From contig JWZX01002403.1 of the NCBI GenBank assembly GCA_001275005.1, positions 1 through 37,221 of the forward strand: 37,221 bases of DNA, given 5' to 3'. The position numbers were made by a program, and so were the translations under genes. Positions 1-9,929 of the stretch are shown here, piece by piece. The DNA is from Chrysochromulina tobinii. Taxonomy: Eukaryota. The notes below the pieces were generated by a model, which worked only from the letters and a program-made list of their open reading frames with translations, did not search any database and was not told where the DNA came from. How positions within the stretch are numbered: the first letter of the stretch is position 1; every line of letters begins with the position of its first letter.

Positions 1-113
1 GGGCCGCGGAGGATCTCCTCAATCGCGCTGCGCTCGTAGGAATGGCCATCGGACGCGACGACTGGGTCCTTCATCTTGTCGTTCTACGTGATCGGGCATG
101 TGAAGTCAGCAGG
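1..113 (-). pseudogene. U-box domain interrupted by an in-frame TAG, continuing off the window edge
   Basis: Reading through the TAG at 86-84 gives [36 protein letters not shown], a clear U-box consensus (P..F.CPIT...M.DPV...dGhtYERsAIe.w). Confidence 0.85.
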
Positions 114-2273
114 CAGCGGCACGTTCAGCCCGACCGACTCACGCCGCGCGCGCTGGGTCGCCGCCGCCCGCTGCTCATCGAGCCTCGAGCGCACGCGCGC
201 CGTCGCTGCCTCGTCCGCCGCTCCGACGGTAGCTGCGGGCTCTCTCTCCTGCTGCAGGAGGAGGTGCGCCCATATCGTCACGAGGCGGCGCAGCGTGGGC
301 GGCGGCAGCCGCTCGACTTGGAAGGCGCTGCAGCAAAAGGCGCCGAGCGCCTCGAGGCACGTGTCCACAGCCTGCGCGTGCTGCAGGTGCAGCAGGAACC
401 ATTCGATGTGGACGAGTGGCGGCTCCTCGGACGCGAACGCGCTTCCGCCGAAGCTCGCGCCCTCCGATCGGGCGCCCCAGTGGAAGAGCTCCTGCGCGCA
501 CGTCTCCAACTCGGTCGGAAGGGCAAGGGCCGTCGACTCCCGACGGCCGGCGGGCGCACTTACGGGCGGCAGTCGACCGAGCGCCGCGTTGGGCAGTCGT
601 CCGAGCGCCACGAGGAGCGCCGTGGCAAGCGTCGAGGTCTCAGGGCACGTACCAAGACGCGCGATGAAGGGGAGCACTACCGGCGCCATGCAATGCGCCG
701 AGGCGCGTCGCAGAGAGCCGGGGAGCGGATGGTCGCCGCCGAGCAGCATGCCCAGGGAGCTCGCGAGCTTGAGCTCGAGCTCTCGCTCCGCATTTGGAAG
801 CTTGAGCATCGGTACGAGCACGGCTTCGGTCGTGAGCAGCCGCAGAAGCGTTTGAAGGGCACTGCCGTCCGCCGCGCGCGCGCATCCCTCGATGGCCGTG
901 CGCACGAGATCGACGACGTTGCACCGTGCATCGACCGCCCACGCCGCCGCAGCGCCTCGGTGGCGGCGGCGGCGGCGGTCGGAGGTGCCGATAGTCGAGA
1001 CAGCCTCCTCACTCCGCGACGCAGCGCTGAGCATTGCCGGTACCACGCGCTCGCAAAAGCGGCAGAGCTGCGAGGTTTCGCGTGGGGCCGTCGGCACATG
1101 CCACTCGAGCCCTCGGCAGAGCGCGAGCACTTCGAGTTGCATGCTCCATTCATCATCCGCCGCCGTTGCGCGCAAGTGGCCGTCGGCAGCGCCGCCGCCG
1201 CTACCGCCGCCGCTGCTGCTGCTGAGCAAGGCATCGAGGAGGCGTCCGCAGAGGGTGGCTTGCGACGGCCGTGGCGTGCTGAGCAATGCGCGCAGCAGCG
1301 TGCGCACGCCGCGTCTGAGCTTTTGGCCCTCGGTCGCGCTCGCCATGGCGCTCGACGGCATGCGTGCCTCGCGGCGAATCATCTCGATTAGAAAGGCGCC
1401 GATGTCCTCAGTCGCGATGGCGTCGCCGTGGTCGTGGTCGTGCAGCATCGCAAGCACGTCGATGCACGCGAGCTGCAGCGATGTGTGACCCGAAAGTAGC
1501 GGCGGCTTGAGCGCCGCGAGCACGGCCGGTGTCGCGAGCAGCGGAGCGATCGCTGGGTCGGATGCAATCTCGTGGAGGAGCTCGAGGAGCTCGACGCTCG
1601 GCGAAGGGCGACTTCCTCGCGCCACGCCCGGCAGCAGGCCGATGAAGAGCTTCGGTGAGAGGCTGCACGCGGCGAGCACCAGGCTCGCCGGCTCATCGCA
1701 TGCCTGTAGTAGCTGCACAAAGATCTGGAGTGAGCACGTGGCCAGATCTGGCGCATGCACGTCGGCCCGGCCCGGATGCACCCGCGTCTCGGCGACGACA
1801 GCGTCCACGCCGCGCGCGAGAGTACGCACAAGGTGACGGCATTTGAGCAACGCGGCCACTGCCGCGTGCAGATCGACGTTGAAAGCGAGCCCGATCAGCG
1901 AGATGAGCGCGAGGCTCACATTGGGCGGTGCCCAGGGCAGCACATGGGCGGCCTGCACGCCGCTGCCGCCCATCACGATTTCGAGCTGCACAAAGAGCTG
2001 CTCAGTGGCATGGCACGATGCCCGAAGGAGCGAAGTGAGCAGCGCGATCAGCGCGCCTTCCAGCTCTTCATCATGGGCGTCGAGCTCCAGAAGCGCAGGG
2101 ACGAGTGCCGCAAGCAGCGGCTCCGTCAGCGCTCTCTCATCGTCGAGGAGGCGGATCGAGTGGCGATATTCCTCGATCATGCGCGTGAGCAGAGCGGCGG
2201 CATCGAGGCGCAGTGACAACGGCGTGATCTGCGGGGGAGCGGACAGAAGAGCGAGCGCTCGGTTGGCATCCAT
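84..2273 (-). CDS. Helical-repeat protein, putative MEI1/PRD1-like (meiotic DSB factor) N-terminal region; runs into a broken U-box
   Basis: ORF 84..2348; the likely start is the ATG at 2273 ([10 protein letters not shown]), where GC-rich coding composition begins. The segment [26 protein letters not shown]...[17 protein letters not shown] (~1370-1520) resembles, from memory, the conserved MEI1/PRD1 block (LK..LLS.d..lQ...l.......e.i..f.fE.l). Leu/Ala-rich ARM-like composition throughout. Confidence 0.5.
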   Translation of the reverse strand: [729 protein letters not shown]

Positions 2274-2434
2274 GATGATCCGGACAACGACAAGGTAGGT
2301 CTGATTTCTGTTCCTGTTGGTACTAAAAGTATGCATGCGATGGAGCATGCATTCACGTTACGGACGTTTTCTGCGCATAAACAAGCAAGCTTCCTTGCTT
2401 GCGCATAAAAGCTTAAACCGGACGCGTGCAGCGC

Positions 2435-5400
2435 CTAGCCAACTCGACTGCTCTCCTCGCCCACCGTCGCTGCCACCCGGATGCAATCCAGGAGGAGCTC
2501 GGGTCCGAGAGCCGCCTTGGCCATGAGCGCAGGCCGGTGCTCGAGCAGCCAGCACACGGCGGGTGCGGCCACCAGCATGCGCCCACGAAGCGCGGCGATC
2601 AGAGGCCGGCGCGGCCAGCCGGCGGAGAGCCACTGGCGCACAAAGGGCTCCAACTGTGCACCGAGTGCGCACGCGGCATCCAAAGCATCCAAAGCCGGCG
2701 GCGGAGGCAACAGCGCAAGCCTGAGGAGCAAGCATGCGTCGGCCACATCGGACGCGGTCGCGCCGTCCGGATCGTCCATATTTGGAAAGCGTCCAAATTG
2801 ATCGTCCATATTTGGAAAGCGTCCATTTGGATCGTCCATATTTGGATCGTTTCCCTCCCGAGTGCCGACGCTTGCAAGCAGCTGCTCGAGGAAGCACGCC
2901 GCAGGCGGCATGGGCGCATCGCTCTCCGGTGCCCCGTCGCCCGCGTCGCTCGAGGTGTCGCTCGTGTAACCACGACCACTTGAGTCTTCTTGCATGCACG
3001 CGCGCAGCAGCCTCGCCCACTCTGCGGGGGGCGTGCGTCGCTCTGCCGGCTGCAGCGTACCTCGCGCCGCCGCCTCGCGCAGCCACCGAAGGCGCGCGCG
3101 CAGGCTCGGCATGGGCGGTGCACTGGGCGACAGCGCCGTGTTGGGCTCAAGCGCGCCGTCGTGGGCGGTAGTGGACCTGCGCGCCGTCGTGGACGATCGC
3201 GCCGTCGTGGGCGGTACGAGCGCCGGCGTGAGCACGAGCCACCAGTAGCCACATAGGGCGAGGATGCGGGCTGCATCCGCCGGCGCTGCGACGAGCGCCG
3301 CGTGCGCCGCCTCCTCCAGAGGCGCGGCGGCAGCGGCGGCAGCAGCGGCGGCGGTGGCGGCAGCATCAGCGGCGTACACGTCAGCCCTGACTGCGGTTTT
3401 CGTGCCGCTTGTCAGCATCGGCAAGGATCCACGTAGCAGTAGACGCGCGTGCAGCGCACAGCAGAGGCGAATGAGCGCAAGGCGGCGTTGCGAAGCGGCC
3501 GCGTCGCGTCTACGGCGTTCCAAACTCGGTGTCGACCTCTCGGCTGCATCAGGCGAGGGCGCACGTGCGTCTACGGGCGAGGCCGAGGGCGTGGAAGGTG
3601 CGAAGGGCGCACTGTGGCCGGTGCAGTCGATGGCAGGGGGCGCGTCTGCCATCGTGTTGGCCATCATGAAGCCACGCTCAAACAGGGGCCAGAGCGCTCG
3701 CACTGCCACGTCGCTGAGCAGCGGGGCTACCGGCTTGATGGCGGCGGCGCTTCGCTGTGAATGTGAAGATGAGGAGGCGTCGCGCGCGGCCGCAGTAGCT
3801 CTCGTCCACGCCCTCGTCGAGCTGTCGGTCCACGCCCGGGACGACGCCCCGTAGCCTTCGCCGTCGGGAGGTAGAGGCACCTGCATCGCGCTGTGCTCGA
3901 GGAGCCGCCCCATCTCCGCGAGCAGCTTCAAAGTGTCCAGCGCAGCGGCCGGTCTCGCCGACAGCAGCGCCGCCGCCGTCGATTTCGCCTCGAGCGACCC
4001 ATCAGGCGCGGACGTTGCATGCAAGGGTACGTTGACCAGCGCCTCCGCCGCTGCCCGAGCAAAGAGGACACTCACATCCAGTCCGAAACTTCGCGCGAGT
4101 AACGAGGCATGCGCCACGCGCGCCGAGGCTGCCGCCGCCTCGAATCCGACCGCGGATGAAGATCCGCTGCCCAGGACGGCGCCTATACTGGATGGGCGCA
4201 ATGGGCGCAAGAGCCGACGGCAGACGCGCTCGGGCCGGCGGTGCATACGGAGCGAGTACAGGGCGGAGCGAGTCGCGACAAGGCAGACTCCCAGCGGGGC
4301 TGCAGCCAGAGCGCTCGAGCTGATGGGTAGGGCGGTGGTTCCGGCGACGGGGCACTCGCCGAGCGGCGCCACGAACATCACCACGCCGCTTGGCATCGGA
4401 AGACTCTGAAGCACCGCTGCGTGTGCCGCCCGGCTGTGCCGCGCTCCGGCGCCCGCCACAGCGCCGCCGCCCGCCACGACGCCGCGGCCTCGCCCGGGCT
4501 CTTCACATTCACAGTCGGACTCGGCAAGCTCGGTGCGAGAGAGGACGAGGAGCTGTGAATGTGAAGAGAGGGGCTGGCTCGGCTCGTCGACGCCCTCGCC
4601 CTCGCCCGCGTCGCACGCGCAGAAGATCGCATGCTGGCCCAAGGACAGCGTGCCGGGCAATGTGCGTGCGGGCAGCCGGTAGGTGAAGAGGGGCGTGGGG
4701 CGCATCGCACCGCCATCGAGCAGCTCGGCGGTGAAGACGGTCAGCTGGCATGCCTCGACTGCGTGCAGCAGCAGCCACGGGCTCCGCTGTGAATGTGAAG
4801 CACCCCACGGCGGCCGCCTCAGCACCGTGAGCTCTCCTGCGCATCACCATTCAGAGCAAGCGGCTCGCTCAACCATTGAGGCAATCAATGGTCGTCAGTG
4901 TGCTCGCCTGGCGCGGGAGGCAATCAGCAGGCAACAAGGGAGGCAATCAGCAAGCAAGAAGGGATGCAATGTGCATGCAATGAGCTCGCCTGGCGGGATG
5001 CAATGTGCATCCAATGAGCTCGCCTGGCGGGATGCAATGTGCATGCAATGAGCTCGCCTGGCGGGATGCAATGTGCATGCAATGAGCTCGCCTGGCGGGA
5101 TGCAATGTGCATGCAATGAGCTCGCCTGGCGGGAGGACGAGCGGGCGCAAAGTCGGAGGACGAGAGGCGAGCCCCATCAACAGATACTTGCCCTGAAGCG
5201 TGCGCACGAGCAAGGCACCGCCGCCACCGGCGGGGCCAGCGTCATCGACGCTGCCACCACTGGGGTCGTGTGGCGCCGTCGTGGGCACGGCGGGCAGGTC
5301 CATGAGGCGCAGGATGGGTGCCTCCGCATCCGCCGTGCACACGAGCGCGCGCCGCTGAAGGTCGATGAGATGGATGGCGCCGTCGATGGTGCCGATGGCG

Positions 5401-5858
5401 GCGGCGCTCGCACCGCCGGCCGCGTCGCACAGCGCACAGCAGCTCACGCCGGACGACCTTGCGCCCGCCACAGCGTGCACAGCGAGCATCTCGGACATGG
5501 CTGCCAGTAGAGGACCAGCGGCAGGCGGAGGCTGTTCGCTCAGCGAGCCACCGCCGCACGGGAGAGGTGGGCAGCGCATCACGTGGTTGAGGAAGAGCAC
5601 GAAGGCGCTCGCGTCGTGCGTGACGATGAGCAGCTGCGAATCGTCGCGCATGGCAAGGCTCGCGATGCCCTTGGCCGGATCGGCAAACCACTGTAGCTGC
5701 CGTGCAAGCGGAGCGACCGCCGAAGCGGCGCTCGCCGGCGCCAGAAGCAGCAATGTGTTGGAGGAGGTCGCCAAAGCCACACGACGTCGGCCAGCGGCCG
5801 CGTGAAGGATCGAAGTGCCCTCGGTGCGAGCGATGGGCGCTAGCCTGAAGAGCTCCAT
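2435..5858 (-). CDS. Large hypothetical protein with a possible beta-propeller-like N-terminus; exons 5858-5126 and 4836-2435
   Basis: ORFs 4947..5858 and 2435..4825 join in frame through the intron CAG|GCGAGC (5125)...GCGCAG|GAGAG (4837), giving ...VLPPGELTVLRRPP... The N-terminus has WD-like strands (AAIGTIDGAIHLIDL). Confidence 0.6.
2769..2850. repeat. In-frame ~30-bp tandem repeat (NMDD..GRFP)
   Basis: GATCGTCCATATTTGGA occurs three times, two of them followed by AAGCGTCCA. It encodes DPNMDDPNGRFPNMDDQFGRFPNMDDPDG on the minus strand. Confidence 0.9.
4837..5125 (-). other. Predicted 289-bp GC-AG intron containing a minisatellite
   Basis: GC donor and CAG acceptor restore the reading frame between the two ORFs, and the intervening sequence is repetitive. 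Confidence 0.7.
4961..5134. repeat. Minisatellite, 5 x 34 bp
   Basis: GGGATGCAATGTGCATGCAATGAGCTCGCCTGGC at 4961, 4995, 5029, 5063 and 5097, with one substitution in copy 2. Confidence 0.95.
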
Positions 5859-6141
5859 TGATCACACTTCTTTTCGTTCACAGCCAATGTTTAAAATTCG
5901 ACACCCAAGACACCGGACCGGCGTACATACGGATGCGGTTACCATTAGCTCGGGGACCCCCGGACCCCCTATTATCACAGCCATACTCGATCAGCCGCCG
6001 GGCCAGGCCGTTTATAGCTTATAGCCCCGCCCGGTCGCCTTTGCGCGTCCTTGATAAGGCGCATCTTCGTTCACAATACACCAAAACGCACAAACCAAAC
6101 TCAAGATGCGTGAAGGGAAAACCTCGCACACGTCACAGATG

Positions 6142-6393
6142 TCGCTTCATTCTCATGCTCGCGACGTGGAACGCGTGCCGCGCTCACAGACACGGTTCAG
6201 GGTCGCCATTCCCCGGGTCAACTTCTTTTCACAGACAATGGTTACAATTCACAGTCTCAACATGTCAAGTCCACCGCACTCACACTCATCACGTACACAC
6301 CTCGTAGACGTTCACACTCGCTTCATTCTCATGCTCGCGAGGTGCAACGCTTACCGCGCTCTCAGTACATGTATAAACTCAGACACGGTTCAC
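6142..6393. repeat. Degenerate direct repeat (2 copies, starts 176 bp apart) in an intergenic region
   Basis: TCGCTTCATTCTCATGCTCGCGA..GTG.AACGC...CCGCGCTC and CAGACACGGTTCA occur from 6142 and again from 6318. Confidence 0.8.
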
Positions 6394-6437
6394 ACCCGTC
6401 CTCCACACCTGATCACCTCAAAAGTCTCCATAGCCCA

Positions 6438-6685
6438 TAGGAAGGTCCCACACACCAACCCAACGCGTTCGCACTGCGAAGGAAAATTTCGCACTGCCCT
6501 GGAGCAGTGTGAGGGCGTACTTCCGGCCCAGTGCGCCCCGCGGTCGGTTCGCACTGCGCGGGCTCTGCGCCTGTGCTCTGCGATGTTCGCACTCGTGCGC
6601 GGGGGCAGTGCGAATTCGTTGGGATGGTGTGTTACTTTGGGTTGGTGTGTGGTAGGTGTGTGGGGCCTTCTGTTCGACCTTCCTA
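6438..6685. mobile_element. MITE/foldback-like non-autonomous element with long inverted repeats
   Basis: 6450-6477 pairs with 6605-6632 (25/28). 6448-6463 is the exact reverse complement of TTGGGTTGGTGTGTGG (~6637-6652). TAGGAAGGTC (6438) pairs with GACCTTCCTA (ending 6685), with TA at both outer ends. TTCGCACT(GC) is repeated internally. Confidence 0.65.
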
Positions 6686-7135
6686 CCCGCGGGGTCAACC
6701 CCGGGTCTGAACCCGTGCAAGCACCTCGCACACTTCACACCGGTCCAAATTGGGGCGTCTCGAGGCGGTACGTGCTACCGTGAACGACGAGGATCCTTCG
6801 TTGAAGGGCCTAGAATAGTACTACAGTATATAGCCTCCGTAGTAGGTAGTATATAGTGCGTGAGCGTATAGGCTGGTCGAATAACCCGAACGAACGGGAA
6901 GACCGAACGCCGGAGGCGACTGGCGAGGCAAACGTACGGGCACGCGCCATGGGGCACGCACGCACTGTCGACTCGCGCGGTGCCCGAGCGTCCGCGGCCC
7001 CCGCGCGGGACAGGAGCTGAGATAGACGTGACCCCCTGAGAGACCCCGGGGCGGACGTCATTGCTCACGTGTCACGTCGAAGTGTTCCGTAGTTAGAGAC
7101 AATCGACAACCCGACCGACCGCACTGATTGACTGA

Positions 7136-9247
7136 CTATTCCAACTCGGCCACCGCCGCCTCCGCCCCCATGAGCACGTCGCGCCGATACCTTTCCCACC
7201 ACGTCTCCTCGTGCTCGAGGCTATCGGCGAGGCTGCGCAGGTTATACGTTGGCGTCGGCGCTGGGAGCAAGGGAGCGGACGCCTGCTGGAACAGTTGCTC
7301 CCGCGCCGAGCGGCCGGCAGTCGACTTTGGTGTGGGCGCGAATGTCACGCGACTCGCCTGCGATGCCGACGGCGTCGCCCCCCCGCCCCCGGCGCTCTCC
7401 CCTTGGCGCGCTGCGAGCGCCTGACGAAACTGCTCGATGTGTCGTGCCTCCTCCCGTAGGTCATCGGCGTGCTCGCGCAGCCGCTGCTGCACGGCCTGCG
7501 CCTCGTCAAGCGCGATCGGCCTCGGAGCACTGCCCTCGACGGAGCGCGCCCCGAGCCACCATGAGGGATCATCCTCGGCCGGCTCACCGGTTGCTGCTGC
7601 TGCTTCCTCGGTTGCTGCTGCTGCAGCTGCAGCTGCTGCTGCTGCTGCTGCTGCTCCGCGGAAGCGTACTTCGCTCACTTCGTAGGCATTCGCCGACGCG
7701 AGCACGCGCCGCGCCTTGGCGAGGCGCTCGGGCAGCTGGGCCATCGCCTTGGCCGCCTGATGTGGGAGGCACTCAGAAGTCATCAGAGACCATCAGATGG
7801 GCGATCAGATGGGCGATCAGATGGGCCTGCTCACCTCAGCCGCCGCCTTCGCCTCGGCCGCGAGCCGTTTGCGCTCTTCATTGCGACGGCGTTCCTCGGC
7901 CTCCTTGAGAACCTGCCGCTCCTGCTGCTCCTGTTCCAGTCGAGCAGCCAGCTGTCCCTTATCCGATTCGAGCACCATCGCCGCCTTCGCCGCGCTCGAA
8001 TGGGCCTCCTTCCACACCATGGCCTCAGTCTCTGCCTTGGACTCGAGCGCGCTGAGCTCGAGGTTGCGCTGCTCGAGCATTGCTCCGTGCTCGCGCGCCG
8101 CACGCAGCTGCGCCGCGAGCGCATCGCGCTCCGTTCGAAGTGCGGCTTGCTCCCTCTCCGCTCTCGAGAGGAGCTCTGCCCGTTCGTTCTCACTATGGCG
8201 TTCGAGAGCGGCGCCTCGCAGCTGGAGTTCTTCGGCCGTCTGCTCAATGGTCTCCTCGTGCGCCTCGAGCAGCCGCAGCTTCTGTTGCAGGGCCTTCGTC
8301 ACCTCGGCCATCGCGCGGCACTGCGCTCTCGCCTCGGCCGCGCGTCTCTTTTCGAGTATGGACCACTCTCGCGCGAGAGTCTCGAGCCGCGCCGCCTCGA
8401 CCTTCTCGAGGCCCGCCTTCCACTTGGCGTGCTCGCGCCGCCGCCACTCGGCGAGCCGAGCCACCGCCTCTGCCGCTGCCTCTGCCGCCGTCGCCGCGGG
8501 CACCGCCGCCGAGGCTCCCTCGCCGTCGCGGCGCCGGCTGATCCCGACAATGTCGATGTCGTCATCGATCATCGAGCTGCCTCTCGCACTCCTGCGCGAG
8601 CCGCGCGAGGCATGAGCTCCGGCACCATCCACCGCGCGACGCGTTGGTTGCAGCGGCGCCTCCGAGGGCGCTCGTGGTGAGATGAGCTCGAGCCGCAAGA
8701 CGAGGTCGAGCAGCGCCACCTGCGCACCGCTGATGTGCTCATGCCTGTTCCGTCGCGAGGAGAGCTCTGCAGGCACTGTGGCGGGCGCGACGAAGGAGAC
8801 TGTCTGCTCCTGCCGATGCGCGGCGGTCCGCTCGCCGTCCGCGATCGGCCGCACGCTGAGCACCTCGGCCACGTCGACGGTCGCCACGCCGAGCAGCACC
8901 TTCTGCGTGTACTTGTCATGGTGCCACAGCTCGACGGCGAGCGGCTCCTCAGCAAGCGCCGGAAGGAGCTCGTCGATGCCGCGCACCGCAAAGTCGCGCG
9001 TGCAACCAGGCCAGGGCAGCGCAACCTCGCCATGGCGCGGCAGAAGCACCGGAGGCGACGTGCGGACCAGCCGCTTGCTCGCAGCGCCCGAAGAGCAGCG
9101 CGGCAGGAGCGGCGCGTGCATCGTGCACACTATGTTTGAAAAGGCACCCAACGGAATGGCCACGTCACGCACGAGCTTCAGCTGGATGCTTAGGCGACAG
9201 TGGAGCAGTCCTGCATCGGGGTGCTCCAGGAGCGAGCGTGACGCCAT
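7136..9247 (-). CDS. CEP120: CEP120-like centriolar protein (single C2 domain + coiled coil); exons 9247-7835 and 7756-7136
   Basis: The C2 segment VRTSPPVLLPRHGEVALP...DFAV...PLAVELWHHDKYTQKVLLGVATVDVAEVL and the coil LAEWRRREHAKWKAGLEKVEAARLETLAREW resemble the third C2 domain of CEP120 (PLLVELWHKDK...LLG) and its ELEMWK...ALAEEW coil. The GT-AG intron 7834-7757 joins the two ORFs in frame. Confidence 0.75.
7590..7655. repeat. (GCT)n/(GCA)n trinucleotide tract encoding poly-Ala
   Basis: Imperfect GCT run inside the last exon of the CEP120-like gene. Confidence 0.9.
7757..7834 (-). other. Predicted 78-bp GT-AG intron with a 3 x 12-bp repeat
   Basis: GAG|GTGAGC ... CATCAG|GCG, with ATCAGATGGGCG x3 at 7792-7826. 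The unspliced frame stops at 7817. Confidence 0.8.
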
Positions 9248-9455
9248 GGGCGTCGGTGTGGCTCTCGACGCCCCGATAGGCTCCCGCCAAAGAGTCGCCA
9301 AAGTTGAGTTATTAGTCGCGACGTGAATTAGGTAGGTTGGGAAGCGCTAAGGTTCCCTATGTTTCGTGAGTTTGTTGCCGAAGTTTCACCCTACGCTTCG
9401 ACTGACGCGTCAGTTCCAAATCGGGGAATTAGCGGCGAGAATCTCCGATACCTTG

Positions 9456-9929
9456 ATGGCGTTCTCTCACAGCGAGCCACGCAGGGTTGCGGCCACAGCG
9501 GGTGCGAGCGAGGCGTCGATCAGTCTGACACGGTCTCAGCGCGCGACGCTGCTCGCCGTACTGCAGAGCTCACCCAGCTGGTTGGAGTCGCTCGCAGCAG
9601 ACGTCGAGGCTCCCAGCCCCGAGTCACCTGAGGACTTGTTCGAGGTGATGCAAATGGCACTCCACCGCAAGGTGATCAAGCCCTTGCCCCTGCGCCGCGC
9701 GCCACGTCTCGACGAGCATCGCTCTCTCGACGAGATTCTGCGAGTGCTCTTCTGGGAGGAGCACCTCCCGAGAACAGGTGTGCCCGAGGCCCACCACATA
9801 GGGAGGGTCGCAGTGGATTCGCCCGCAACGGACGTGCAGGACATGCTTGCATTCTACCTTGGCGGCGACGACGTCGATGCAGTGGCGGGCATCCGACCCA
9901 TGATAGGTTCCCTTTCCACCGAACAGTAA
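9456..9929 (+). CDS. Hypothetical protein (~157 aa), divergent from the CEP120-like gene
   Basis: First ATG in ORF 9366..9929, with coding-like composition. No domain recognised. Confidence 0.5.
   Translation: MAFSHSEPRRVAATAGASEASISLTRSQRATLLAVLQSSPSWLESLAADVEAPSPESPEDLFEVMQMALHRKVIKPLPLRRAPRLDEHRSLDEILRVLFWEEHLPRTGVPEAHHIGRVAVDSPATDVQDMLAFYLGGDDVDAVAGIRPMIGSLSTEQ

Noticed and set aside
4961..5134. CRISPR-like array (34-bp repeats)
   Set aside because: Units are head-to-tail with no unique spacers, lie in a predicted intron, and no cas genes are present.
5858..6783. ORFs of 149 and 225 aa in the intergenic region
   Set aside because: No coding bias or motifs, and they overlap direct and inverted repeats.
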